From contig NC_087437.1 of assembly GCF_036321535.1 (NCBI RefSeq), forward strand, positions 101,744,001 through 101,808,000: DNA of 64,000 nt, given 5' to 3'. The position numbers and the translations under genes were made by a program. A model generated the notes under the pieces. The model did no database searches. It was not told where the DNA came from and saw nothing but the letters and a program-made list of their open reading frames with translations. Shown here piece by piece: positions 38,895 through 53,469 of the stretch. Source of the DNA: Camelus dromedarius. Taxonomy: Eukaryota. How positions within the stretch are numbered: the stretch's first letter is position 1; each line of letters opens with the position of its first letter.

Positions 38895-39425
38895 ATCTCA
38901 ATCTGATTTTCCCTCCACCTATCCCATAACTGAGCAAACCACTTTAGGAAAACAGCTCTACCATGGCACTATGACTACAACATGTGGATCTACATGAGCC
39001 ACGCAGTAAAGTCTCACATGCAGTCTGACCCAAGCCTCTGTGTGTAATACCTTGTAATCCTCCCAGGGTCCTGGCAGATACAGCCCTGTAAAGAAATGCC
39101 ACAGGGCTATTTCCCTTTTCACTTCTCCAACTTGTAGGAGGCTGCTGCAAAGCAGGGTTTCTCACTCACCTCCTTCATCCCAGGGAGCCACGGAGCTTTC
39201 CCCCTCATCCTCCTTAGGGTACAGCTGTGAGCTATAAAGCTGCTTAGTTGCAGTGTAAAATCAGTCCTCCACGACAGAGTTGTCATCTATATCTGCCCCT
39301 TCCAATTTGGTGTCATCCTGTGGATACAGGAGGCTGACACCATGCAGATCTTGCTTATTTTTTTCTCAATCCATCTGGGCTCATTGTATTCTTACAGGCC
39401 AAGACCATAGAAGTGTGACAAGACA
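38895..39425 (+). mobile_element. Old ERVL-class LTR relic (family uncertain)
   Basis: GC-richer block with tataaagctgc and gctgacaccatgcagatcttgct...catctgggctcattgt, ending ...gaca. Confidence 0.45.
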
Positions 39426-40219
39426 GCCTAGCATCTGCAGGATTTTCTGCTCTCTAGGGACAACTTGACTATCTCCAAAACGCCATGCCAAGGAATCCAG
39501 ACACTGAAAGAACTGCATAAGATTTTATGTGATAGAGAAAGTAAAAGATGTAGCAACATCACTCTTACTTTTATTTTGTCATTAAATTATCTATGATAGT
39601 AATTCTACAGTATTTTCTTTTGAGCAGAAGACACAGTTCTGTACTATCGTATTAAAATCTTTACTTGATCTTGTTTCTGCTAGAAGCCAGTCCATGTTCT
39701 GCCTCTATTTTACTGGAATGCTTTGTAACTAGCAGGAGCCACCACCTTCACTCTCCCTTTACCCTTTCCAGCTCTTAGACACTGAAATACACGTTCTAAA
39801 CCTACACTCTGATGAAAACAGACTGTTCATCATTTCAGAGGTTCTCTAGCAAATGAGTTATTCTCAGTTCTTACCCTGGCTAAACTCTGCAGCATTTTAT
39901 ACTTTGACTAGATTTTTAAAAGCTTCTTCCAGTTATTGAATGACACTCTCATCACCATACTGTCCCTTATTTAATAACATCCTCCCTTACTGTCCATCAG
40001 TTTCTCTTCCTTTTACACTTTCTCAGTGTTTTTCTTTTTTTTTAAGACTTGGTTCTCAGGTCTTTATTTTCCTGTTCATGTGCTTGCTACGTACACTTTG
40101 GAGATATTTAACATGTTCATATTTTCCAGAGGAAGGAAGAAAAATCAATTCCAGGCGTGTGTCATATATGTCTTACATCACATTATTACACCAACTACAT
40201 ATAATTATTACGCAAGGTG

Positions 40220-42935
40220 GTCTTCATACTTGAGGATCAACAAAGAGGGGATTTTTGTTTTACCCACTTTCCTGAAATAGCAACAATAAAGATACAATAC
40301 ATAACACACAGGTCTTCATTTCAAAACACCAGGTATCAGTGATATTTGAGAGGTAGGGGAAAAAAGAAAAGGTAGGTAAACTGTATTATTGTCCCAGATT
40401 ACAACCTTGACAGAGTTTCCAGGCTATGACATGAGAAAGGTGAATGCAGGTGGAACCCTTTAGATTCTGTGAGTTGGGAAGATTGAGGTCATTTTTTTGA
40501 GGAGAACAAGGCAACTAGAGGTCAGAGGACAGAGTAATGGAGAGAACAGACTTCATGGAAAGAGTTCTCTCGGGATATGCGGAGGTTGCTCCTCAAGAGT
40601 CCACCAGGACAGCTACTGGTCAGGGCATATGTGTGAAGAAACCAGCTGAGGCTAAGAAAATAGCCATCAGAAAGGACTAGAGGTAACAGTGCCTGATGCT
40701 AACACAGCACTGGGAACAACACCTGTTCCCAACACCCTGAGTGGAGAATTTCACAATTTATGGGTTTTTGGATAGAGCAGCCAGCAATATTTTGCCTTCA
40801 TAGTGGAAAAATAGAGTCTTACACTGAACACTACTTTGGTCCTGCCTAACATTTTAAAAGCAATATCTAAGTGGATCAAGCTGTCTACAAAAAAATTCAC
40901 TGCAGCCAAAGATCAAGTAGGAATATAAAAATATCTGGCATCCAAAAGGCAAAATTCACAATTTCTATCATCCAGTAAAAAATTACCAGGCATGAAAAGA
41001 AGCAGAAAAACAAAACCGGTAGTAAGAAAGAAAATTAAAAAATTTAATCCAACTGAGAATTGACAAAGAGGTTAAAATTAGTAGACAAAAGCCATTAAAA
41101 TGTTATGTTGTTGGAGAGCAGGTTCCTGTCTCACCGTGGAAAGAATTCAGAAATGAGAGAGAGGTCAAGAAAGCCAAGATTTATTGAGGGATAGATAGTG
41201 CGTTCTCAAGGGGAGACAGAGCAGACCCAGGTGGGTAGCTGTCTCAAGTCTCTTTGGCAAGCTGGTTATATAGGGTATAAACATGAATGGGCAGAATATT
41301 AATTGTCAGGGAGGGGTTTGCTGTAGTCTTTCCTGATCTTCATCCCAGCTCCACCTTCTTGAGGCAGATGAGGGACTTTTTGTCCTTATTTAGTCTTGAC
41401 TGGGAAGTGGATGAGGCTATAATGAGCAAAATGGTACATTCGGATGGGGGTATAATGAGTGAAAGGTTACATTCAGATGGTGGAGATTCCTGTCCCGCCC
41501 CACCTTTCTTTGTCTGTCTCCAGGGCAGTTGTCAACCCAAAATGTATGGTTTCTTATCAGTCTGGAGGCCTCTGCTTTTCTTGGTCTGTCCAAGGACCTT
41601 TGTTGTTCACAAGATGTATGGTTTCCTGCCATTTGGCCTGTGCCCCTCTTTCTCTGCTCATATCTTGCTACCTGCCTGCTCTATTTATACTATAAATATA
41701 TTTCATATGTTCAAAAGTTTAGAAGAGACATAAATAACATAAAAAAGTAAAAGAAAAGAAAGCTAAAACAGAATTTATAGAGATAAAAACTACACTGTCT
41801 AAGATAAAATATGCATTACATGGGTATAATGGTATACTCCACACTAAAAAAATAAAAAAAAAAATTAATGAACTTGAAATCACAACAATAAACACTATAT
41901 AAAATGAAATACATAGAAAAAATTAAATGAAAGTTTCCAATAAGTTTGTGTGAAAGTTTCAAGGTGGAAAACATGCATGTAGTTAGTCACTGAAGGAGAA
42001 AGAACAGAAATAATACTTGACAAAATGATGGTTGATGACTTTCCAATTCAATGCAAACTATAAACCAATAGATCTAAGAAGTTTAATAAAACTCATTCAA
42101 TTAAAAAAATTTTTTTTAACAGAATCTTTACCAAAGACAAAATATGGAACGCAAACAGCGACATGAAAAAAGCTAAATATCACTAGTCTTTAAGTAATAC
42201 ACATCAAAACCACAATGGGGTAGACACCTATGGAACTGCTTAAAATGAAAAGACCTATCAAGTGATGTAAGCTAGTGGAGGAAGTGGAATTCTCATACAC
42301 TGCTGGTAAACAATTAAAATGATATATATCTTGGAGAAAAATTTGATAGTCCTATTAAAAAGTCAAGTATACGCATACTACATGACTGTGGCATTTCACT
42401 ACTAGGTATTTACCCAAGAGAAATGAAAGCATATGTCCATACGAGACTTTGTACACAAATGTTCACGTTCATAGCAACCATATTTCTAATGGCCTAAAAC
42501 ATAAATGACCCAAATATATGTTATCAAATGAATGGACAAACAAATTTTAGTGTTTTGGTACAGTATAATACTACTTAGTAATAATAAAATATAAACTAGT
42601 GCTTTGTGTGTAAATATGGATAAATATAAAAATAACTATGTTGAGTACATAAAGTCCGATAAGAGTGTACATTGTATGATTACATTTATATAACTTCTAA
42701 ATAATCCAATTTAATCTATTCTGCAGAAACAGATTAGTAATTGAGGATGGCAGGGGATGTGGGATAAGGACAGGGAGAGAAAATGTAAGGAGCGTTAGAA
42801 AACGTGTGATTGATTGATATGTTCACAATCTGAAATTGTAGTTGTTTCATATGGCAAAATTTACAAACTATGTATTTTAAATATGAGTAGTTTAATTTTG
42901 TGTTAATAGTACCTCAAAAGAACCGTACAAATAAA
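40220..42935 (+). mobile_element. Old L1M relic (5' UTR/ORF1 region joined to a 3' end), interrupted by an LTR at 41106-41686
   Basis: aaaattaccaggcatgaaaagaagcagaaaa, ttcatatgttcaaaag and attaatgaacttgaa (ORF1 region). ctaggtatttacccaagagaaatgaaagcatatgtccatac (3' end). Confidence 0.75.
41106..41686 (-). mobile_element. ERV1-class solo LTR, same family as 22133-22772
   Basis: The reverse complement begins tagagcaggcaggtagcaagatatgagcagagaaag, matching the start of 22133. It also shares gactaaataaggac and aatattctgcccattcat. Confidence 0.85.
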
Positions 42936-43714
42936 GACGTAAAGATCCCCTTTTTTCCTATAGTATTATGAAATACTTTTTTAAATTTCCTAGGAGGAAA
43001 CAGACAAAATAGTAATAAGAAAACTCATTGCAAGGTTTTCCTTCAATTGACAATCACTGGCACTTGACTTCATGTAACTCAAACTATTCCCATCACCTGA
43101 TATATGAATTTATTCAATCAAAATTTATTAAAAATGTACCATGTGCCATATAGGGATATTAAGACAAAAACCAAACCAAACCAACCAAACACTGTAGAAT
43201 TCTTACTCTCAAGAGCGCTCACAACTTCACTGATTTCACTTAAACAATGGTCTAATTTTCAACTCAGAGAATTTTATCTCCTCCTTATTTCTTCTTATTT
43301 TGGGTACCTACTAATAATCTTCCTTTTCCTGCATCTAGCCATGACATTTTTACCTTTTATTTTCTTCTATTCCCTGTAATTTATGCTTGTGAATCTAGTT
43401 ACTCCAGCTCATTTCTTCTTGCTACCCCTCTGCCTTCCAGAGTCTAACTTCAGGACCCATAGGGGGTTAGTTCGTGATTGTGATTTCACACATTCCAGGT
43501 TGGTCAAGCCAAATGTAGTTAGAGAGCTAAAGAAGTCAAAGGCTGTATTTCGCTCTCTTTTCTTTTGTCCAGTGCTGTGTCTCTAACAATTTGGGTCATT
43601 TTAATTGATACTAACTTGTACTTTTAGGTGACAGGCAACAATAGAATATATTCTACACCTATACAGTGTTTTATTGTGTGTCACATCCTGTCCTACGCCG
43701 TCTTCAAAAACTTT

Positions 43715-43805
43715 CAGTTAAGAACCATCACTTACTTCATTTTACATATGAGGAAACGGAGGCGTGGAGAGATGAAGAAACTTACCCAGACTGCAGGAAT
43801 CCAGG
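43715..43805 (-). mobile_element. MIR fragment
   Basis: cattttacatatgaggaaacggaggcgtggagagatgaagaaacttaccca. Confidence 0.7.
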
Positions 43806-45649
43806 CAGTGCAAGTTTATAGTGTGTGTACCCATGGGAAGTACTCAGAAGAAAATCACTGATGCACTCTCTTCCAGTAATTCAGAGAAGTAGGGACAGAT
43901 CTATACGATAGTCTTTATTTTCTTGTTTCCCCTATCTGAGGACTCCACCTCAAAGAATTATTTTCCAGATTTGCTTGGTATCTGCAATTCCATCATCTAG
44001 TAAAGGGAGAAGAGTGAGAAGGCACTGAGTAGCAGAGAGGAAAAACAAACAAATGCTCATTTGTGGAATTGCTATTCAATTTCAAATGCTAATTCTAAAG
44101 AAAATTAAAGATAATAGGATAAAAATGTGCCTTTGAGTACAAATGGCTGCTGCTATATTCCTCAAACACAAAAGCAAAAGAACAGTGATTTTTCAGAAAT
44201 TCAACAAATAAATTTGGGCACTGGCCAATTTAGAAGGCAACAGAAAACATTAATTTGAAAAAAATCTTTGCCTTCCAGAACTACCCCTTCACTTAAGGGG
44301 TTATAATTATCTAGCAGGATAAGAATATCAACATCCCCACCCAGAACCTGGGAGAAATAATTAGAAATCCTGGTTACCATGGGTTTCTTTTCTGTATCAG
44401 GGTTGACAATGGGAAGGTTAAAGTCAATCGAAAGTAGAGAGCAGAACTAAATAGCCCTGATTCAGTGGAAACTTTGAAAAGGTATAGAGGTTTTTAAAAA
44501 AGTCATCATAATTCCCTGAATTGCAGGGATTTTCTCTTTAGGCAGCCTGCCAAAGCTCTTTCATGCCAGTGAAAGTAAGCTCTGTGTGCTACTTTTTGAT
44601 GGTATTGCCCATGATAAACCTTAAATGGTAAGGGAGTTTATTCCAGATACAAATCTGAAGCTAACTTATCCAACATATCTGGTCAGAAAATCTTGCTGTA
44701 AATCTTCCAAACACAAGATGACTTGTGAGATTTTTAGTAATCTTGGATTCTGTCTTGGGAGAAAATGTGACATAAGCAGTCATCTCTATGGTTTCAGCTA
44801 ATACTAGGAAATGCAGGACCCAGGGAAATATAAATCCACATGTGAGCAAGAATACCGTGTCTCCCCAGAGTCCATAACAGAAGAAAGCTTAAAATGTGAG
44901 TGATTAGTGAAGTTAAAATTTGATTTAACTCAAAGAGTTTCCACTTTAAGCAAATTCATGGCATAAATTATGGGAATTTAAACCCCAAAACAGGAATAAT
45001 TCAAATCCACTATAATTATTTTTTTTCAAAATCAAGATCCGATCTACAGTCTTATTTTTTAGAGGAGATGAATAAAAAGGTAGTGCCTATTTCAGAAGTG
45101 TCCTTTGAATCTTCTAGTGGTCTAGATAAGCTAACTTGACCAAAAAGTGGGGAGAAACTAATGCTGAAACAAGACGTTTTCAAGAAACTGGACTTATTTT
45201 GCACTACCTTTTTCATTTGCATAAGAGTTACTAGGCAGAGTAGACTTTTCAAGATTTCAATGTGTAGATATAACAAAAATGTTTTTTGGGGGGAATACTG
45301 AATACAGTGTAACAATTGGAGACATTTATTTAAATTCTTTGTAGACAATATTAAATGATATTAAAACATAGCTTTGCGAACATAGTTCTTCTCCCTTACT
45401 AACCAATTTCAAAGTCCTAGTCTCAGCTTTTAGATTTATTATATAATTATAATCAAGGCATCTTCCTTCTCCCAGTCTCTTCTTGAGACGTTTCGGGCAA
45501 AACACTAAATCTCTCCTGATCTCCGTTTAGCCGTCTATAAAATGAGGAGTCTGGAGCAGATCATCTCTGTGTCTTATAACTGTAAAATTGTATGTTCTAC
45601 ATTATTTCTCCATTCTTTCTTTCCCCTACTAACATGAAAACCTTAAAAA

Positions 45650-45870
45650 ATGAGTAGTACTTACTGTATGCTAGGTCATTTAATATTACTTATGAAAGTA
45701 GATATAATAAAATTCTGAGCTACTTTAAAACTCAATTTTACAGATAAGGATACTGAAGCTCAATAAGTTTAATACCCTGCCCAGTCTCATACAGAATATT
45801 AAGGATAGGACAGCAATTTAGTTTCAGGCTGATTTGAATAAAAATCTTATACACTTCCACTGACTATGCT
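45650..45870 (-). mobile_element. MIR fragment
   Basis: caattttacagataaggatactgaagctcaataagtttaa. Confidence 0.65.
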
Positions 45871-46813
45871 ATACCCAATTAAGTCCATAATATTTCATAT
45901 ATTTGGCATTTTAAATGTGCTTTTAAAAAATACTGATATATGTGTTTCATAATTATATCGTTTGGGTCAAATATACTTGAGAATTTAAAAGATTTTGTGT
46001 ACTTCTATTATAATGTTGACTTGAAGGAAGAAATAGAAGACAAAGGAGACTGTGACTCTGACAAATAATCTATAAGGACAAGTTAATGTAGACTTAGCAT
46101 ACCAATCCAATCACACCCTCTGAAGCACGCTGGTTTACTCTGAAAAGAAGCTAAATGCCAAGTTCCAAGAAAAATGATGGCATAAGGGTTAAGCTACATA
46201 GAACTCATCTAAGAGTGCAAATTTGTTAAGCTTTAGAAGTGAAAGTTCTAAAAATGTTAAAATTAAAAAGGAATTACACAATAATACTAGCATAATATTG
46301 GAGCATAAGACAATGGTTCTGTTTGTCCTATCCTGCAGATGCTCAGATGATGGGTTAAAGAAATCAAATGATCGCTATTCACAACAGTGGCATTCCTGGA
46401 GGAAGTCCTTTTGGAGAAATAAGAAGAAGAGATAGATATCAATGTCATTTTTTTAAGAAGGGATTAAATCGGAGTAAAACATTTAGCATTAAATGAGATT
46501 TCAAAGAGAATATAAACTCTCCTTTGCCTTACATTTGTCTGTCTGTGTGGCACACTCTACACTCACATATACCTAATTGGTATACACAAGTTTTAATAAC
46601 CATTATTAGATACCTTTAGGGCATGAGTTTCTGTCAGTTTTTTTTTTTTTGTCTTATGACCTTAATTTACATATAGTTTCTATACATTCAATAAATTAAT
46701 TTAACAGTGATTTCCTTAATTAAAAATTATGTATGTTCATTGTAGAAAATGTCCAATATAAAACAGACTGCAGAAAAGGTATCATTGTTGGTAATATTTT
46801 ATTTCCATCCAGG

Positions 46814-47125
46814 TGTATCAGTTACCTTCTGAAACAATGATGCTATGTAAGAAACCATTCTAAATCTCAGTGGTTTAAAAGAAAAATATTTAATTTGGTC
46901 ATTTTTCTTCAGGTCAGCTGAGTGTGGCTGCTCTATACAATAAACTATAGGTTGGGTCTGGGTTAGTTCCACATGTCTCTCGTTCCCCTTCATCTAGCAG
47001 GTTACACAATGCATGTCCCTAACATGACAGCAGAAGCACAAGAGGGGGCAAGCAGAAACACAGGATTCTTTTTAAGGAAATCTCACACTATCATTTCATC
47101 CATATACTATTGACCAATAAAGTTA
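46814..47125 (-). mobile_element. MaLR LTR (MLT1H/I/J-like)
   Basis: tgtatcagtta...aaatctcagtggtttaaaa...cagaagcacaagagggggcaagcagaaacac. Confidence 0.7.
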
Positions 47126-47777
47126 AGTGTTACACTATGTTTTTTTTTTTAATACAAATCTCATAAAGTTAGTTTAGCAAGAACTTAATTTTGTCAAGAT
47201 TAATGTAGCTGGAATTTCTGAACACATTTTTAAAATCACATTTAAGGAAAATGTTCTGCAATTTCCATCTATAAATCCTTTGTAAGATAAACTATTTTAA
47301 GTTTTTATGTTTCATTTTCAATAGACAAAATGGTAAATTATTTCAATATATAATCTGTCCTCCCTTTGGAAACAGACTACCAAACATATAGTTAATATGC
47401 AGGAATGAGACATCACCACCTTATATAATTTAATAATTAAATCATCCTTCTATGGAAGCAAGTATCATAAATATTTCAGTCTTGTTATTGGCAGTGTGAA
47501 TTTTAAATATGTGAAGTCATGGGTGCTTTTCTTCCAGAACTAAATTGTAGCTCTTTTCTTGAGGGTTTGCCACAGTTTATCTCTCAGCACATATATATCC
47601 ATTCCCAGGTTACACTGAATTTGGTTGACTAAATTAATAACTACTTGATATGACTAGAAATTTATTTCTACATGTTGTTAACAGCTCACATTTTTACAAC
47701 AGTAGTCTATATTGTAGAATGAAAAGTTTTGGAGACAAATGAAAACTTATCTAGATGGGAACTTCTGTACACTGAAA

Positions 47778-47784
47778 GAGAGAG

Positions 47785-47826
<42 letters not shown>
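47778..47826. repeat. (GA)n(GT)n compound microsatellite
   Basis: Directly visible. Confidence 0.95.
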
Positions 47827-47827
<1 letters not shown>

Positions 47828-48061
47828 TTACTCCTTTTTTCTTTTTAAATAAAGTGGACATTATATTTTATGATCAAATATTTTACTGTTCTCTTCGCTA
47901 ATTTCTACTAATGTTCATAAAAACTTCCCCTCCCCTTACTTCTTCAATGTATTTGTTATTCAAGTTATAGATTTCTTTTTACTGAAAAATCATGTGCCAG
48001 CCCTCTGCAATAAGTCTGGAAATGAAAACATTAACATGAAGACAAATATTTACTTAAATGA

Positions 48062-48402
48062 CATCTTAGTCCATTCTGGCTGTTATAACAAAATTCAACA
48101 GACTGAGAGGCTATAAACAACAGATATTTATTTCTCACAGCTCTGGAGGTTGGAAGTCCAAGATCAGGTGCCAGCATGCTTGGCTGGGACCCTCCTGCAG
48201 ATCTCTGAGTTCTCAGTTGTATCCACACAGGTACAACAGAAGGGCAGAACAGTACTTGAGAGCCTGAGGGGTCTCTTTTACAAAAGCACTGACCTCATTC
48301 ATAAGGGCTCCACTCTCGTTACCTAAGTGCCTCTCAAAGGCCCTACCTTCTATTTATAACATTGGTGTTAGGATTTCAACATACAAATTTTAGGGAAACA
48401 AC
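48062..48402 (-). mobile_element. MaLR solo LTR (MLT1A-like)
   Basis: tcttagtccattctggctgttataacaaaa...atttatttctcacagctctggaggttggaagtccaagatcagg. Confidence 0.9.
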
Positions 48403-48860
48403 AATGTGTACCTAAAGTCTCTGTCTTCTGGTGACTCTTTCATTACAGTTTTCTATTCCAGGATAGAAAGCTTGTTCTTAGTTCATGGTCCTTTGCTGAG
48501 CAACTTGCCAAAAAATCTAATACATTACTTAGTGGGTGAAAAAAATGGTCTCTGACTTATAAGACAAAAGTAAAATAGACCAGGAAAAGCTTATAAATAG
48601 CAGGTAATCAATAAAATTAACTACTTATATCAATCGATGCTTGAATTAGTCAACTTATTTGACAATTGGAAGGCTGTCTATATATTCAGCCTTGCAGCTT
48701 TGTTACACTATTCCATATGTTCCATGATTGCTTTTATGTAAATCTAGACTTAAATGATGGCTAGGTTTACACTAGAACAGCTACCTGAAAATTTAGTGTC
48801 AGCTCATAACCTACGAACTTTCTTGCGATGGATGGATAAAACATTAATATTTTAAAAATA

Positions 48861-49352
48861 TTTTTATTTTCTTTATATATTTTTATTGCAGTATAGTCAG
48901 CTTATAATGTTGTGTCAATTTCTGGTGGATAGCACAATACTTCAGTCATATAGGACCATACATATATTCGTTTTCATATTCTTTTTAATCATAAGTTACT
49001 ATAAGATATTGAATATAGTTCCCTGTGCTATACAGTATAAACTTGTTGTTTATCTATTTTATATATAGAAGTTACTATCTGCAAATCTTGAACTTCCAAT
49101 TTATCCCTTCCCCCCACTGTTAACCATAAGTTTATTTTCTGTGTCTGTGAGTCTGTTTCTGTTTTATAAAAAAGTTTGTTTGTTTGTTTGTTTTTTTAAG
49201 ATTCCACATATAAGTGATATCATATGGTATTTTTCTTTTTCTTTCTGGCTTACTTCATTTAGAATGACAATCTCCAGGTCCATCCATGTTTCTGCAAATT
49301 GCATTATTTTATTCTTTTTTATGGCTGAGTAATATTCCATTGTATAAATATA
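48861..49352 (-). mobile_element. Young L1 3' end, camelid-like
   Basis: gtatagtcagcttataatgttgtgtcaatttctgg...catatattcgttttcatattc...gaatatagttccctgtgctatacag resembles the recalled camelid L1 3' UTR. Confidence 0.9.
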
Positions 49353-50229
49353 CTTTTAATTACATCTTTGTAGGTTTACATGTAATTACATTATATCACC
49401 TTTATCCTTATCACCTAATTTTTAAGGTAATGTTTATATACACATGGCCTTGCATTAGCTAGTTCAATAGCTTTCTTGATTTTTTGTTGAAACCAGATAA
49501 TATGCATATGAGCATAAGTGGGCAGACATACAAGAAGCATGGTACAAAGAATGCGAAGAATAAGAAAATGCAAAGATATAAGTATGATATTACAGCAATG
49601 AGCAAATTCTTAATTTATTCAAAACAACACTATATTTTTACTCATAATTATGAATTAAATATGCAATATAAAATATTATGTAATAATATGTAATAATATA
49701 GTGTTATAGATCCTTCCTTATAGTAAAATATTATAATTGAGGCCAAGAATTCCTCAAAAATTTGGCCTCATGCCAAAATTAAAAACATATTTTATTTCTA
49801 ATAAAGGTATCTTTTGAAAAGTGCCCTTAAAAATCAAAAAACAAAAAACATAACCTTATTTTCTTTGAAGACAAAATTAAAAACAGTATTTATCCTCTCT
49901 GTGGAAAACAAACTTCAATACAGCTACTAATGATATACCAGTTCTCTTTCCTTAAATGTTCTGCAAACTCCTGCATAACTTACTAATTCAGCAGGTAACT
50001 GTATCAAGAGCTTACTATATGTCAGGAACTGTGCTTGGTTTTGAATACAGAGTCATGAGGAAAACAAACATCCCTGCTCTCATAACTGTGATGAATGAAA
50101 GGAAAGGCACAGTGCTTGCAACAACTGCTAATGATTTTAAAACTTGGTCCTCAGGGTTCCTTCCTAGGCATTTGGTGTGATTACAAAATTGTACTATCAT
50201 ATAAGACACTTCTGAAAAATCAACCATTT

Positions 50230-51200
50230 TGTTTTCTCCTTTATTTATATTTATACATAGATCTTAATTTCTTTGAAGAACTTATTTTTTTCTTTATTTT
50301 TCATTAAATTCTACTCTTACTTGTATTACTTCTTCTTCCTTCTTCATTTTTTCCCTATCATTTTTTTTCTAAATTTGCACATTAATTTCCAAATATTTTC
50401 ATTTTTAACATATGCATTAAAAATCGTAATTCTTTCTTATGCTACTACCATTGTTGAACCTGTAAGTGTTGAGATGTTTTATTTTTGTATTTTCAATTTT
50501 AAGTATTTCATATTTTCAATAAATATCTTTTCCTTGATTCATAAATATCTTCAAAAAGTGTTTTTTTCAATTTTAATTTTCAATCAAAGTGAAGATTTTG
50601 ATTTATAATTGTGTTCTAATTTATCATTTTATTGCTTTGTAGTAAAAGATGTGGTGTGTATTATATCACCTTACTGGTATTTACAAACTCCTTTATTGCT
50701 CTGATATATAGTCAGTTTTTTATACTTTTTTTTAATGTGTAGTTGAGAATATGGGAATTGTCTAATTTTGAAAAACAGGATTTTGCACACATGCAAACAC
50801 AAATACAAACACATACGTGTGAGCAACTTGTTAATTCCATTGTCAAATCTTCTATATCTTTTCACATCAAATTCTAATAGCATGTGTCCAAAAACCCCCA
50901 CCATGACCGTGCTATGAACTTCCAGGTTGTACTCTGTTAAATGATATTTATGACTATAAACGTAATAGTTGAGATTTAGTTTGCTCAATTGTTCTACTGC
51001 TTCTCTTTGCAACCTTGCTCTTTACTCAAAATTATAACTCTTCTGATAACTTACTCTCTCATAGATTATATTGCTAAATCATTACCCATTCCACAATCTT
51101 GTCTTTTCAGATTTATAAACTTGGCTTTCCTCCCAGCTACAATTTCATCTCTCTGTTTTGCCTTAATCTCATTAGGGATGTTCTAGTATAAAATAAAGCT
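50230..51200 (-). mobile_element. Ancient L1 (L1ME-like) relic
   Basis: T-rich degenerate antisense ORF2-like blocks (atttataattgtgttctaattt...ttttattgctttgtagt, gagcaacttgttaatt). Confidence 0.5.
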
Positions 51201-52499
51201 CCTCTCTTTCCTAACTCTGCAGTTCTTTACCACCTCTGCTTCTAGAAGGATTGGGAAAGGCAGTCTCAAATACTTTATCCTTTTTCCGAGGATTCAGGTT
51301 ATTGACAGTGTGGAGAGAAAAGGCAGACAGCCATCAAGAAAATTAATTCCTCTCAATCTCTTATTAAGAAATATATATCACACTCCAAAAATGATTCAAT
51401 CTAACATCTTTTGGCTTTTGAATGTTCCCTATTATAATTACCTAATATTCCAAATACTTGATCACAGAAAAGTAGGCCAGACAAGACATTTCTGTTACAT
51501 CTTTTTGTCCATTCCTGAGTTTGAAAAAAATTTTTTTAAGATTTTATTGTCAAAGGAACCAAATAAGGTTATTGACACTTTTACTCCAGTTGAATTGGTT
51601 ATTTAGCTATGTCATATTTAAATGGCAGTTCTAAAATGTTTTATTTCAACTGAAATATTCATTGCCAAGATGTACTTTTACTCTCTAATTAAGGAGAGAA
51701 TATAATATATTTCCAATTCCTGTTCCATTTGTTCTGAATGTCAAGTGTCATCTTCTGCTTAATTTAATGTCTTTTAGACAGTGCTTTGCAAAATTCCTTT
51801 AAAGGAATCAAAACAATTATCCAAGTCTATACGAATAGTTCCTGAGGCTTTTCGTCAGCTGAAATTCTCATTTATATTAATAATTTTGCTTCAAACAACT
51901 GAATGTTTTCCCCAAAGATACCTTTCATTGTATCTTTTATATGAAAAGTTTCTATTGATGTTATTATTGAAAAAAAAAAGGGTGGCAAGAAATAAAATCT
52001 TGTGAAATTACCTCATTATTCTTTCTACTCCTCTGTTTACTGCCTCACAGTGGTAAGCAAAGTCAGGTAAATCTTTTCTTAGGTGGTCTCTGAATCAATC
52101 ACCAATAAATTATTCAGTCACTCTCCTATTTTCTTCCTATCTCCTTCCTTATTTACCTTTTCCTTCCCTCTCCCTTTATCAAATTTATCAGGGTTCTGCA
52201 TTGAGGGTCATTTAACATGGGCTTTATATAATGGGATTCTTGGGTTCAATTTTCTTTTATTTACTTATTTTTAATCATATACCTATTGTGAGAAGTGTTG
52301 ATTAGCAAAGCAGTTATCAGGTATTCACAGCTCTTATCAAAATACTATTATGCATAATCTAAATCTCAACTTTACTGACAAATATTTTTAATCTGCATTA
52401 GTAGTACAATCAGTATTGATAATATTGTAAAGACATGAAGAATAGGGAGAATAGATATTTTTAAACTAAAGGTGATAGAGAAAGTCATTAAGCTATCCA

Positions 52500-52746
52500 T
52501 TTCCAAAATTTCAATTATTCACCTCTTTAAAAAATATCAGCAGTCTTACTTCTACATGTTTACCCTAGAGAAAAGAAAACTTATGTTCATACAAAAACAT
52601 GTTCAGTGGTGTTTACAGGAACTCTATTTATAATCTTCAAAAACTGGAAACAACATAAATAAATGGATGAAAAACTGTGGTACATTCCAACAGTGGATAT
52701 AACAGGGGCCAGGGACAGGGGAATGAATGAGCTACTGTTACATACA
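52500..52746 (+). mobile_element. Old L1MB/ME 3' fragment
   Basis: tttaccctagagaaaagaaaacttatgttcatacaaaaac...aaactgtggtacattcca. Confidence 0.7.
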
Positions 52747-52758
52747 GGAAAGGCATTT

Positions 52759-53469
52759 ATGTAAATTGGTGCAGCCACTATGGAAAACAGTACGGAAATT
52801 TCTTACAAAGCTGAAAATAGAGTTACCATATGATCCAGCAATCTCACTCCTGGGCACATATTTGGCAAAGATGAAATCTCTAATTAAAAAAGATACATGC
52901 ACTCCAATGTTCATAGCAGCACTATTTACAGTAGTCAAGACATGGAAGCAACCTAACTGTTCACTGACAGATGACTGGATAAAGAAGATGTAGTATACAT
53001 ATACAATGGAATATTACTCGGGCATAAAAAAGAATTAAATAATGCTGCTTGCAGCAACACGGATGTACCTCAAGATTATCATACTAAGTGAAGAAAGTCA
53101 GGTAAAGACAAATATCACATGATATCACTTATATGTGGAATCTAAAAAAAAATGATACAAATGAATATATTTTCAAAAGAGAAACAGATTCAAACATAGA
53201 AAAGAAAACTTATGGTTACCAAAGGGGAAATGGGTTTGGGGAGGGATAAATTTGGAACTTGAGATGAACAGATACACACTACTATATATAAAACAGAAAA
53301 ACAACAAGAACCTACTGTATAGCACAAGGAACTATATTCAATATCTTGTAATAACCTATAATGGAAAAGAATCTGAAAAAGAATATATATATATATGTAT
53401 AACTGAACCACTTTGCTGTACACTTGAAACTTAACAACATTGTAAATCAACTATACTTCAATAAAAAAA
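52759..53469 (+). mobile_element. 5'-truncated LINE-1 3' end
   Basis: ORF2 C-terminus ([32 protein letters not shown]) and 3' UTR ending ctatacttcaataaaaaaa. Confidence 0.95.

Noticed and set aside
41287..41750. Overlapping 148/78/73-aa ORFs
   Set aside because: Lie within a solo LTR and look like chance ORFs.
52727..52993. 88-aa ORF with recognisable protein sequence
   Set aside because: C-terminus of L1 ORF2 in a truncated L1, not a gene.
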